Positions 39,413-48,444 of a DNA stretch of 64,000 bases are shown piece by piece. This DNA is from an uncultured Acidimicrobiaceae bacterium. GTDB lineage: Bacteria > Actinomycetota > Acidimicrobiia > Acidimicrobiales > Bog-793. The stretch lies in NCBI GenBank assembly GCA_963838845.1, contig CAWISR010000003.1, positions 384,851 through 448,850 on the forward strand. Direction: 5' to 3'. The notes below the pieces were generated by a model. The model had not been told where the DNA came from. It saw only the letters and a program-made list of their open reading frames with translations, and searched no databases. The position numbers and the translations under genes are program-made. How positions within the stretch are numbered: the stretch's first letter is position 1; each line of letters begins with the position of its first letter.

Positions 39413-40039
39413 CACCGAACGCACGCGCTCGTCGGAGGCCACGCGGTCGTTGAACGTGCGGATCGCGACGACCGCGTCTTCGCGATCCGCGCCGTCGACG
39501 ACGCGGCCGGACTGCAAGGTGTTGTCGGCGAGCAGGATCCCGCCGGGCCGTAGACGCGGTATGAGGGCCTCGTAGTACGCCGGGTAGCTGACCTTGTCGG
39601 CGTCGACGAACGCGAGGTCAAAGACAAGACCCTTCAGGGTTGCAAGCGTCTCCAGTGCCGGGCCAAGGCGAAGCTCGATCCGGTCCGCCACACCCGCCCG
39701 ATCCCAGAACTCCCGGGCGATCCCCGTCCACTCCCCGCTCACGTCGCAGCAGATGAGGCGGGTTCCCGGACCCATCCCGCGGGCGAGCGAGAGCGCCGAC
39801 CGGCCGGTGAACGTTCCGATCTCGATCGCGAGCTCGGCGTGCATCGACCGCGCGAGGAACTCGAAGAACAGTGCCTGGTCATCGCCGATCGCCATTGAGG
39901 CGTGTTCACCGGCGAGCGTCGCCGTCGCAGCTCGCAACTCCAAGGCGACCTCGTCGGGAGGGGTGAAGTGCGCGGCGCAGTAGTCCGACAGCGCCGCCGG
40001 AATGAACTCGTTACGCGTGACAACGTTTGTCACCGTCAC
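39368..40039 (-). CDS. Class I SAM-dependent O-methyltransferase (family 3, caffeoyl-CoA OMT-like)
   Basis: AIEIGTFTGRSALSLARGM, FDLAFVDADK and LRPGGILLADNTL motifs. Start set to GTG 40039; the maximal ORF extends to 40252. Confidence 0.8.
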   Translation of the reverse strand: MTVTNVVTRNEFIPAALSDYCAAHFTPPDEVALELRAATATLAGEHASMAIGDDQALFFEFLARSMHAELAIEIGTFTGRSALSLARGMGPGTRLICCDVSGEWTGIAREFWDRAGVADRIELRLGPALETLATLKGLVFDLAFVDADKVSYPAYYEALIPRLRPGGILLADNTLQSGRVVDGADREDAVVAIRTFNDRVASDERVRSVLLPIGDGVTIAEKR

Positions 40040-40169
40040 CTCGCTGGGGTTGAGAACGGCGCTCGGGCCGCGCTTTGCAGTGGGGATCGCATCGGTACGA
40101 TCGCCGAAGGGCCCGGGTCGCGCAAGTGGGTGCTCTCTGCTCGTCGGCTCCGAATCTGAGGAGGCAGCG

Positions 40170-41192
40170 ATGGAATATCGCACGCTCGGCCACACAGGCG
40201 TAGAGGTGAGTGCGCTGTGCCTCGGGGCGATGATGTTCGGCGAATGGGGCAATCCTGATCACGACGCCAGCATCGCGATCATCCACCGAGCGATCGACGC
40301 TGGCATCAACTTCATCGACACCGCGGACGTGTACTCCCAGGGCGAGTCCGAAGAGATCGTCGGAAAGGCACTGGCGAACTACCGGAGAGACGAGATCGTG
40401 CTCGCGACGAAGGTGCACGGTCAGATGGCCGAAGGGAGAAATCGCTCCGGCAACTCGCGTCGGTGGATCCTCGCTGAGTGCGAGGCGAGTCTCCGCCGTC
40501 TCGGCACCGATTACATCGACCTGTACCAGGTCCACCGGCCGGATCCCTCGGTCGACGTTGCAGAGACGCTCTCTGCGCTCACCGACCTGGTGCGTCAAGG
40601 AAAGGTCCGCTACTTCGGCAGCTCGACGTTCCCGGCGCACGAGATCGTCGAGGCGCAGTGGACGGCCGAACGCCGCTTGACCGAGCGCTTCGTCACCGAA
40701 CAGCCGCCCTACTCGATCCTGGTACGCGGCATCGAGGCCGATGTCTTGCCGGTTTGCGAGCGTTACGGAATGGGTGTCATCCCCTGGAGCCCGCTCGCCG
40801 GTGGCTGGCTGTCGGGCCGCTTCGGCGCGGGGAAGGAGAACTCCAGTCGCCGCGCGGACCGCATCCCCGGTCGCTACGACCTTTCGCTTCCCGAGAACCA
40901 GCGCAAGCTCGAGATCGTCGACCGACTCGTCGGCGTGGCCGAAGGCGCGGGACTCACCCTGGTCGAGCTCGCGATCGGGTTTGTGCTCTCGCATCGCGCC
41001 GTGACCTCGCCCATCGTCGGACCGCGGACGATGGATCACCTCGAGCCGCTGCTGAAGGCGGCCGACGTGCGTTTGTCCTCCGACGTCCTCGATCGCATCG
41101 ACGAGATCGCGCCGCCGGGTGTGAACCTGAACCGCTTCGATGGCGGTTACACGCCGCCAGCGCTCGCCGACCCAGCGCTGAGGCGGAGGTAG
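40170..41192 (+). CDS. Aldo/keto reductase
   Basis: ATG 40170 is preceded by GAGGAGG. MEYRTLGHTGVEVSALCLGAMMFG, FIDTADVY, YIDLYQVHRPD. Confidence 0.9.
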   Translation: MEYRTLGHTGVEVSALCLGAMMFGEWGNPDHDASIAIIHRAIDAGINFIDTADVYSQGESEEIVGKALANYRRDEIVLATKVHGQMAEGRNRSGNSRRWILAECEASLRRLGTDYIDLYQVHRPDPSVDVAETLSALTDLVRQGKVRYFGSSTFPAHEIVEAQWTAERRLTERFVTEQPPYSILVRGIEADVLPVCERYGMGVIPWSPLAGGWLSGRFGAGKENSSRRADRIPGRYDLSLPENQRKLEIVDRLVGVAEGAGLTLVELAIGFVLSHRAVTSPIVGPRTMDHLEPLLKAADVRLSSDVLDRIDEIAPPGVNLNRFDGGYTPPALADPALRRR

Positions 41193-41220
41193 CCGAGCGC
41201 TCTGCGACGGTTAAACCGGG

Positions 41221-41238
41221 CGAAGTCACCCGACTTCG
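41221..41238. terminator. Hairpin in the convergent spacer (CGAAGTC-ACCC-GACTTCG)
   Basis: 7-bp perfect stem with a 4-nt loop, between the AKR stop and the LCP stop. No clean U-tract. Confidence 0.35.
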
Positions 41239-41317
41239 TCGCCGAAATTTGTCGTCCAGGCGTCGTTTCGCGACGGTGACGTCGTTTGGCTTCGACGCGC
41301 TGGGACGTCGCGCTGAG

Positions 41318-43051
41318 CTATTTCGACGGGCAGGCTCTCGGGTCCCAGGGTGCGAGCGGAGTGGTCGAGGAGGTCGGCGCGGAGAAGTTCGAGTTCGTCG
41401 TCGTGGTGGCGCCGGAGTTGCCCTGGGCCGACGGCATTGGCGAGGCAACACTCGAGCCCCTGTTCGTCGTCACGAGCGCTTTCGTGGTCACGTGGGCAAC
41501 TGTGAGATCCGATCCGGCGATCACGCTGACGTCTGCGTCGGCTGCCGGCTGGCCCTCGGCCATCACCGTCGTTCCCGAAAGTGACGAGAGGACCCGACGG
41601 GCCTGGTTGAGGTGACCCTTCGCGTAGACGACGGTCGTCTCTGAGACCGGCCCCACGTAGTTCGTTGCCGTCGTCGGAACGATCTTGTAGCCGAGGCCGT
41701 GCAGCTGCGAGGCGAGCGAAGCGGTGTTCGAGGCCGAGTTGGTCCCGTCGATCACCGAGACACTGACCGACGTCGGACTGATCGAGTCCCACGTCGGCTT
41801 GATGCCGAGGAACTCGTCGATCGTCTGCTGGTCCTGCGGCGCAGAGGGGAAGATGACGTCGCCGTAGTTGTAACCCTTGTAGTAGTAGGTCGCAGCGTCG
41901 ACGACGATCGGCAACGTGTACTGAGGCGCGTGGCTGAAGCTCGAGTCCTTCACCGCGATGGCGAGATCAACCATCTCACGATCGCCGAGCGCGCTGTCGA
42001 CGGTGAGGTCCGGCGCGATCGCTCCGATCAGCGCGTTGTCGGTGAAGGGGTCGCCGAGGCCGCGCTTTTGTACGGCTGACGCCACGACGCGCAGGAACTC
42101 GTGGACGCGGATGATGCGACCGAGATCACCGCTGCCGTCGTATGAACCGCCGGAGTCGGACGTGTAGTAGACGCCCGAAGCGGTTGCAGCATTGATCGCC
42201 GCGTAATTGATCTTCTGGCCCTTCGTGAAGTAGTAGAGGTGGCGGGAGCGCACGAGCGCGAGCGCCTCGGTTCCCTTCAGGATTTGGCAGCCCGTGTGGG
42301 TGATGCTCAGCGGCGGATTCTCGGCGTCGTAGAGGCGGTCGGGGAAGTCCATCTTCACGCCACCCAAGATGTTCACGATGTTCGTGAACGTGCCGAAGTT
42401 CAGATCGACGAAGTGGTTGATCGGAATGCCGAAATCCTGGGTGATCGCCTCGATGAGCTGGCCCGGTCCGTCCGCGAGCGCGGCGTCGATCTTGTTGTAG
42501 AGGCCACCGGCGCGGGCGTTCGGCACGAATGTGTCTCGGGGGATCGAGAGCAGCGACAGTTGGTGGGTTTTCGGCACGATGCGGACAATCATCACGACGT
42601 CGCTGTTGATGCCGTTTACGCCGGCTGCGCACTCCTTGACAAACACGGGGATGTTCGTCGCCGCGCAACGGTTTGTTGAGCCGATGAGGAGGATGTTCTC
42701 AGGCTTGTGGAGGACGCCTGGAGCCTCGATCCCCGCATGCAGGTGGATGCGGTTGATCTGGGCGAATCGGTAGATCACATAGCCGGCGACAGCGCCGACG
42801 ACGATGACGATCAGTGCGACGATCGCGATTCCGGTCCGCGTCAGCCTCCGTCGCAAGACGCTGCGGCGCGCCTTTTTCGCTCGACGGCGGACTCGGTAGT
42901 TGTGCAGGCCGGAGCGGAAAGCGGCCGCCCGAGATCGGTCACGGGCCGGTTCCCCGGCCGCGTTTGGCGGCGATTCGTCCTCGGAAGTGAGTTCGGAGGT
43001 CGGTGCGGGCGGCGCGGGCGCGCTGGGAGGCGTGGGGGGATTCTCCGACAT
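41318..43051 (-). CDS. LCP (LytR-CpsA-Psr) family protein with LytR_C domain
   Basis: N-terminal TM helix. LCP core NSDVVMIVRI...LLSIPRD...INHFVDLNFGTF. C-terminal VSVIDGTNSASNTASLASQLHGLGY. Confidence 0.85.
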   Translation of the reverse strand: MSENPPTPPSAPAPPAPTSELTSEDESPPNAAGEPARDRSRAAAFRSGLHNYRVRRRAKKARRSVLRRRLTRTGIAIVALIVIVVGAVAGYVIYRFAQINRIHLHAGIEAPGVLHKPENILLIGSTNRCAATNIPVFVKECAAGVNGINSDVVMIVRIVPKTHQLSLLSIPRDTFVPNARAGGLYNKIDAALADGPGQLIEAITQDFGIPINHFVDLNFGTFTNIVNILGGVKMDFPDRLYDAENPPLSITHTGCQILKGTEALALVRSRHLYYFTKGQKINYAAINAATASGVYYTSDSGGSYDGSGDLGRIIRVHEFLRVVASAVQKRGLGDPFTDNALIGAIAPDLTVDSALGDREMVDLAIAVKDSSFSHAPQYTLPIVVDAATYYYKGYNYGDVIFPSAPQDQQTIDEFLGIKPTWDSISPTSVSVSVIDGTNSASNTASLASQLHGLGYKIVPTTATNYVGPVSETTVVYAKGHLNQARRVLSSLSGTTVMAEGQPAADADVSVIAGSDLTVAHVTTKALVTTNRGSSVASPMPSAQGNSGATTTTNSNFSAPTSSTTPLAPWDPRACPSK

Positions 43052-43127
43052 TGAGAGACGAGGCTACGCGCTCTCGGGCCGTGCGCGTATGCACGCCGAG
43101 TCGAAGAACGCGCAGCGCCCCAACTCT

Positions 43128-43988
43128 TCAGATGTGGATATGCCAGATGGAGTCGATGCGTTCGACGACGTAGCGCCCGAGGATTTCGGTTCCGGCTGGC
43201 GGATCGACGTGCACGCCATCTGCATCACGCACCTGCACGAGGCTGCCGCCGACGGGGAGGTACTCGGCGTAGCCACCCGCCGAGGTCGAAAAGAGCTTCC
43301 ACGTCGGAACGAACCACGCCCCGGCATGGACGTGAGCCTGGGCGAGGTAGATCGCGTTCAGCGTCGCCATGTCCGCGCTGAACGTCGGGCTCCCCATGAT
43401 TGGCAATCCGACCCACAACACGCGCACGCCCTTTGCGATCGCCTCGCTCATCAACCACGCGACGCGGGCGTTGTAGTTCCTGATGAAGACCGCCGTCCCG
43501 GGTTGCGTTGGCCCGCTCGCGACCTCCATCCCTTGCCAATCGTTCGCGCCGAGCATCACAACGACGAGCTTTGGATGGACGGAGGCGATCTCGCTGCTCA
43601 GTGTTGTTGACCAGTTGTAGTACGAGATGTTTGTCAAACCAGTGTCTCCGACCGCGTCCTCGACAAGGCGCGTGAGCGGGTCCGCCCCGAGCACCTGCGA
43701 CATTCCGTATTGCAAGTCGAGGCCAAGCGAATCACCGATCACGAGAATGGTGAGCCGATGCGCGCGTGTGGGCTGACCGACGCCGTAGGTGCGCCGTGAC
43801 CGTGTCGCAAAGTGCGGACGACGTGAACGGACGGCCGCCGCGGTGGCGCTCGCGAGCAGCGGCGACGCGCCGATCAGCAACGAGAAAACGACGCAAAGGA
43901 TTCCGGCGCCCGCCCTGGGCGCGCCCGCACGGGGCGTGCGCGACCGGCGGCGATGCCGTGCCATGGGCCGCTCGGGGATGCGCTTCAT
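43128..43988 (-). CDS. SGNH/GDSL-type hydrolase (secreted)
   Basis: ATG 43988. Signal/TM helix ILCVVFSLLIGASPLLA, block I VIGDSLG, then MLGANDWQG. Confidence 0.7.
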   Translation of the reverse strand: MKRIPERPMARHRRRSRTPRAGAPRAGAGILCVVFSLLIGASPLLASATAAAVRSRRPHFATRSRRTYGVGQPTRAHRLTILVIGDSLGLDLQYGMSQVLGADPLTRLVEDAVGDTGLTNISYYNWSTTLSSEIASVHPKLVVVMLGANDWQGMEVASGPTQPGTAVFIRNYNARVAWLMSEAIAKGVRVLWVGLPIMGSPTFSADMATLNAIYLAQAHVHAGAWFVPTWKLFSTSAGGYAEYLPVGGSLVQVRDADGVHVDPPAGTEILGRYVVERIDSIWHIHI

Positions 43989-44013
43989 CGCCTGTCCGTC
44001 GGGGGGTGTCTGA

Positions 44014-45162
44014 TCAGACGGAGTCGAGCGCCCGACGCAAATCCGCAACGAGGTCCTCAGCCGACTCGAGTCCGACGCTGATGCGAACGAGCTGTGGCGG
44101 GACGGCGTTCGTCGTGCCGGCGGTGCTCGCGTGGGTCATCTTCGCCGGGTGTTCGATAAGGCTCTCGACCGCGCCGAGGCTCTCCGCGAGCGTGAAGATC
44201 TCTGTTCGCTCGCATACCTCGAGCGCCGCCTTCTCACCGGCGAGCAGGGTGAAACTCACCATGCCGCCAAACGCCCGCATCTGGCGGCGGGCGATCTCGT
44301 GACCGGGGTGCTCGGTGAGGGACGGGTGGAAAACCCTTTCGACCGCCGCGTGCCCGCGCAGCATGGCAACGACGGCTAGGGCGTTGTCGCAGTGTCGCTC
44401 CATCCGCACCGCAAGCGTCTTTGCCCCGCGTTGGACGAGATAGCAGTCGAAAGGTGACGGCACCGCTCCTGCCGCGTTCTGCAGGAAATGGAGGCGTTCG
44501 GCGATTGCTGCGTCGTTCGTCGCGGCGAAACCGCCGACAACGTCGGAGTGTCCGCCGAGATACTTCGTCGTCGAGTGGACGACGATGTCCGCGCCGAGAG
44601 AGAGCGGCTGCTGGAGATACGGGGTCGCGAACGTGTTGTCGACGACGACGATCGCGCCCAGCTGGTGCGCCGCCTCGGCGACCTCAGCGATATCGACGAT
44701 GTCGAGTAACGGATTCGTCGGCGTCTCTATCCACACCATGCGGGTCCGCTGTCCCGACAGCAGGCTGGGGTTCGAGACGTCACCGGTCGTGACGACGACG
44801 CCGAATCTGGAATGGACGCTCATCGCCAGCCGGTACGTGCCGCCGTAGCTGTCGGTCTGCATGACGAGCCGGTCGCCCGGATCCAGGAGCCGCATGATGG
44901 CGTCCTCGGCGGCGAGGCCGCTCGCAAAAGCGACGCCGAACGATGCCCGTTCCAGCAGGGCGAGGTGCGACTCAAGGCTCCGTCGCGAGGGGTTATCGGT
45001 CCGCGAGTACTCATAGCCGCGGTCGGATCCGACGGCATCCTGCTCGAATGTCGATGTGAGGTAGACGGGCGTGTTGAGCGCGCCAGTCGCCGGATCCGAC
45101 GGCCATCCGCCGTGGACCGCGTCCGTCTCGAACCCGCGCGACCGCCCGTTGCCCTCGCTCAT
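44014..45162 (-). CDS. Cys/Met-metabolism PLP enzyme (cystathionine gamma-lyase/synthase family)
   Basis: 382 aa. ...VHSTTKYLGGHSDV carries the PLP-lysine motif. ATGA-coupled to the upstream cbs. Confidence 0.85.
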   Translation of the reverse strand: MSEGNGRSRGFETDAVHGGWPSDPATGALNTPVYLTSTFEQDAVGSDRGYEYSRTDNPSRRSLESHLALLERASFGVAFASGLAAEDAIMRLLDPGDRLVMQTDSYGGTYRLAMSVHSRFGVVVTTGDVSNPSLLSGQRTRMVWIETPTNPLLDIVDIAEVAEAAHQLGAIVVVDNTFATPYLQQPLSLGADIVVHSTTKYLGGHSDVVGGFAATNDAAIAERLHFLQNAAGAVPSPFDCYLVQRGAKTLAVRMERHCDNALAVVAMLRGHAAVERVFHPSLTEHPGHEIARRQMRAFGGMVSFTLLAGEKAALEVCERTEIFTLAESLGAVESLIEHPAKMTHASTAGTTNAVPPQLVRISVGLESAEDLVADLRRALDSV

Positions 45163-46826
45163 CGCTGGCCACCCGCGAGCGCGGCGAGCACATCCGAACG
45201 GGTGATCACGCCGACCGGATGACCGCGGTCGAGCACGAGCAGCGCCGGCGCCTTTTCCAAGCGGTCAACGGCGATCTGCACCTGCTCGCCGATCCCGATC
45301 GTCGGCAACGGCTCGCCCATCACGTCGCCGATCGAGCGCTCGAGCGCCGACGAATCGGCGAAGACCTGTTCCATGAGGTCTCGCTCGGTCACCGCGCCGA
45401 CGACTTCTGCGAGGACGACCGGGGGTTCGTGCTTCACGACCGGCAGCTGGCTGACGTCGTACTCGCGCAGGATCTCGATCGCCTGGCGGACCGTCTCTTC
45501 TGGATGAGTATGAACGAGGGGCGGGAGCGCCGGGTCGCGCGCCGCGAGCACCTCGCCAAGGGAGCGCCCGACCTGGGTCGTGAAGCCGTAGTCGGCCATC
45601 CACGCGTCGTTGTAGAGCTTGGAGAGGTAGCCGCGTCCGGAATCCGGGATGAGAACGACAACGACGGCGTCGGCCGGAAGCTCGCGCGCGACGCTGAGCG
45701 CGGCGGCAACCGCCGTGCCGCCCGAACCGCCGAGCAGCAGCCCTTCTTCCCTCGTCACCCGGCGCGCGGTGGCGAAGCTTTCGGCGTCCGAGACCGCGAT
45801 GACTTGGTCGACGACTGACGGGTCATAGGTCGACGGCCAGAAGTCCTCGCCGATTCCCTCGACGAGGTACGGCCGCCCCGTCCCGCCGGAGTAGACGGAA
45901 CCCTCCGGGTCGGCGCCGACGATCACCACCGACGCGTTCTGCGCTTTCAGGAAACGGCCGATACCTGTGACCGTCCCCCCAGTGCCGATGCCGGCGACGA
46001 AGTGGGTGACCCGTCCCTTCGTCTGTTCCCAGATCTCTCTGCCCGCCGTTTCGTACTGTGCGAGCGGGTTGTTCGGGTTGTGGTACTGGTCCGGCTTCCA
46101 TGCGAGCGGAATCTCCCGCGCCAAGCGGTCAGAGACCGAGTAGTACGAGTCCGGGTGCTCGGGTGGAATAGACGTCGGGCAGACGACGACCTCGGCGCCG
46201 TAGGCGCGCAGGAGGGCGATTTTGTCCGAGGCGACCTTGTCCGGGCAGACGAACACGCACTTGTAGTGGCGCCTCGCGGCGACAATGGCGAGACCTACCC
46301 CGGTGTTGCCGCTCGTCGGTTCGACGATCGTCGACCCGGGAACGAGCAAGCTTTCTCGTTCCGCTGCGTCGATCATCGCAAGCGCGATGCGGTCCTTCGA
46401 TGAGCCCCCGGGATTGAAAAGTTCGAGTTTGCCGAGCAGAGTGCACTCGACGTCTTTTGCGGTCCGATCGAGTCGCATCATCGGGGTGTTGCCGATGAGG
46501 TCGAGGAGCGAGTCGACGGCGTCGATCTCCGGCCCGGGATCCGAGATCCGGCGGACATCAACACCCTCGAGTGCGCGGGCGAACTCCGCGGGGACGATTT
46601 CGTCGGTAAACAGCTCCGTCGGCATGCCGGCATGGCGAATTGACGCAGCGACGCGTGCCGCGTCGTCGATCGGACCGCAGATACCGACGCGACGCGGAAT
46701 GCGCGCCCTCAAAACGCCAGCGAGCGCGTCGAGCGAATCTCCTTCGACGAAGCGGTAAACGAGGCGGGCGCGGTCTTCGAGACGCGACGGCACCCGACCC
46801 CCTCCCACGACCACAAGGATGTCCAT
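45159..46826 (-). CDS. Cystathionine beta-synthase (PLP domain + CBS pair) with ~100-aa N-terminal extension
   Basis: LIGNTPMMRL...NPGGSSKDR (PLP lysine), GTGGT loop, two C-terminal CBS motifs. The canonical core starts near aa 103 of the ORF. Confidence 0.85.
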   Translation of the reverse strand: MDILVVVGGGRVPSRLEDRARLVYRFVEGDSLDALAGVLRARIPRRVGICGPIDDAARVAASIRHAGMPTELFTDEIVPAEFARALEGVDVRRISDPGPEIDAVDSLLDLIGNTPMMRLDRTAKDVECTLLGKLELFNPGGSSKDRIALAMIDAAERESLLVPGSTIVEPTSGNTGVGLAIVAARRHYKCVFVCPDKVASDKIALLRAYGAEVVVCPTSIPPEHPDSYYSVSDRLAREIPLAWKPDQYHNPNNPLAQYETAGREIWEQTKGRVTHFVAGIGTGGTVTGIGRFLKAQNASVVIVGADPEGSVYSGGTGRPYLVEGIGEDFWPSTYDPSVVDQVIAVSDAESFATARRVTREEGLLLGGSGGTAVAAALSVARELPADAVVVVLIPDSGRGYLSKLYNDAWMADYGFTTQVGRSLGEVLAARDPALPPLVHTHPEETVRQAIEILREYDVSQLPVVKHEPPVVLAEVVGAVTERDLMEQVFADSSALERSIGDVMGEPLPTIGIGEQVQIAVDRLEKAPALLVLDRGHPVGVITRSDVLAALAGGQR

Positions 46827-46906
46827 GGTTCCTCCGGTCGAGATTTCAGCACATCGACGTCGCCAATCGCGCCCGACGACGACGCGGTTGCGACACCGCT
46901 CGGCGT

Positions 46907-47860
46907 TCAGTCGTGGCGCCCCAAGAAGTCGCCGACGGCCGCCATGTACTCGTCGCGCTCTTCCCAGAAGGGCATGTGGGAGGAGTTCTCGAGGATCAAC
47001 TGCTCGCAGTCAGGCACCCCGGCGACGATCTCTTGTTGGATCTCGAGGGTCGCTTCGTCATGGCGGCCCGAGACGACGAGTACCGGCGCCCGAATCTCCC
47101 CGAGCCTGTCGACCACCGACCAGCCCGTAAACGAGCCGGTGTTGTGAAACTCCGTCGGTCCGTTAGTCGTGAAATAGACCGTCGGGTCGTCGTCCATGTA
47201 GGCGAAACTCCGTTCCACCGGATCTGGACGCGGCGTGAGGCGACACACGTGACGGTCGTAAAAGACGCGCGCGGCGGCGAGGTATTCGGGATCACCCGTG
47301 GTTCCGGCGATCTCGTGCCGCCGGAGCGTTGCTTCGACGTCCGCCGGGAGTTCAGCGCGTAGGCCGGTCACGGCCTTCGTGAACGACGGGTAGGCCGCCG
47401 CCGTGTTCGAAAGGACGGCGGATCGCAAGCCTTTTGGAGCCGTGAGGAGATGCTCGAGCGCGAGCATGCCTCCCCAGGACTGGCCGAGGATGTGATAGCG
47501 GTTTTCGATTCCGAGGTGTTCGACGAGGCGCGAGAGCTCGTCGACAAAGAGCCCGACGGTGAAGAATTCGGCCCCCCGATCGCGAAAGTGCGTCGAGCTG
47601 CCGTTGCCCGTCTGGTCGTAGAAGATCACGGCGCGGCCGTCAGCGGTGAGGTCGATCATCGAGAGCAGATAGTCATGCGTCGCGCCCGGGCCGCCGTGGA
47701 TCGTGACGAGCGGGGCCGGCCGGCGGTGAGATCGCGTATCGAGGTCGCCGACCACCATGTACCAGGTGCGAAGCTCGCCGTACTCGACGACGCCCTCGAC
47801 GACCGCGACGTCTAGTCCCCCAAGGTCTGTCAACCGTCCCTCCCGAGTCTTCTCCGACAT
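46907..47860 (-). CDS. pip: Proline iminopeptidase-family alpha/beta hydrolase
   Basis: ATG 47860. HGGPGATHDY, nucleophile elbow GQSWGG, late ENSSHMPF. Confidence 0.8.
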   Translation of the reverse strand: MSEKTREGRLTDLGGLDVAVVEGVVEYGELRTWYMVVGDLDTRSHRRPAPLVTIHGGPGATHDYLLSMIDLTADGRAVIFYDQTGNGSSTHFRDRGAEFFTVGLFVDELSRLVEHLGIENRYHILGQSWGGMLALEHLLTAPKGLRSAVLSNTAAAYPSFTKAVTGLRAELPADVEATLRRHEIAGTTGDPEYLAAARVFYDRHVCRLTPRPDPVERSFAYMDDDPTVYFTTNGPTEFHNTGSFTGWSVVDRLGEIRAPVLVVSGRHDEATLEIQQEIVAGVPDCEQLILENSSHMPFWEERDEYMAAVGDFLGRHD

Positions 47861-47873
47861 CGACGTCATCCAC

Positions 47874-48353
47874 TCACGCGCCGAGCACCTCGATCCTCCA
47901 TCCAACCTCGACGCGGCTCGCGTCTTCGCACGGGACGACTGCCCACGCCGACGGCGTCCACGAGAAGATCGCATCCTGGTCGTAACGCCGAGCCGCCCGG
48001 ATCACGTCGGCTTCGTCGAGGCCGTGGATCGCGATCCCTTCTTCGAAGTAGTCCGATTCGGGATCGCGTCCGATTGCCCTCCATGTCGTGACGTTTTGGA
48101 CGACGAGTTCTGCTTCGAGCGAACGTTGCCGTTCGCGATTGATTTCGATTGGCAGGGGATCCGCTCCGGGATTCCACGCGGTCATGATGAACAGCGGTGG
48201 TGAGAAGGCATCCGGCCAAGCGCCGACGTCGCCACTGGGCGCGGGGTGGATCCGCAGTTTGTCATCGTGCGAGAGCTCGAGGTCGACGATCGTCCGCAGG
48301 TAGAGGTCCCAGGTTGGTGTCGTCACAATTCGCTCAGACGCTACGCGCGCCAA
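47874..48353 (-). CDS. Hypothetical protein (DUF3293-like)
   Basis: 159 aa. FIMTAWNPG...ERQRSLEAEL...EEGIAIHGL pattern. Family name is recalled only. Confidence 0.5.
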   Translation of the reverse strand: MARVASERIVTTPTWDLYLRTIVDLELSHDDKLRIHPAPSGDVGAWPDAFSPPLFIMTAWNPGADPLPIEINRERQRSLEAELVVQNVTTWRAIGRDPESDYFEEGIAIHGLDEADVIRAARRYDQDAIFSWTPSAWAVVPCEDASRVEVGWRIEVLGA

Positions 48354-48444
48354 TCAAACCGTTGTCTTGACGACTCGGTGGGTTCTCTAAACCCTCCGGG
48401 GACACCAAGGTTGGGAGTGAGCTCGGCTGCCGAGGTGCGGCGTG

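Noticed and set aside
40011-41584. 342-aa minus-strand and 368-aa plus-strand ORFs overlapping the aldo/keto reductase
   Set aside because: Arg-rich alternative frames. The AKR frame carries the family motifs and a strong RBS at its ATG.
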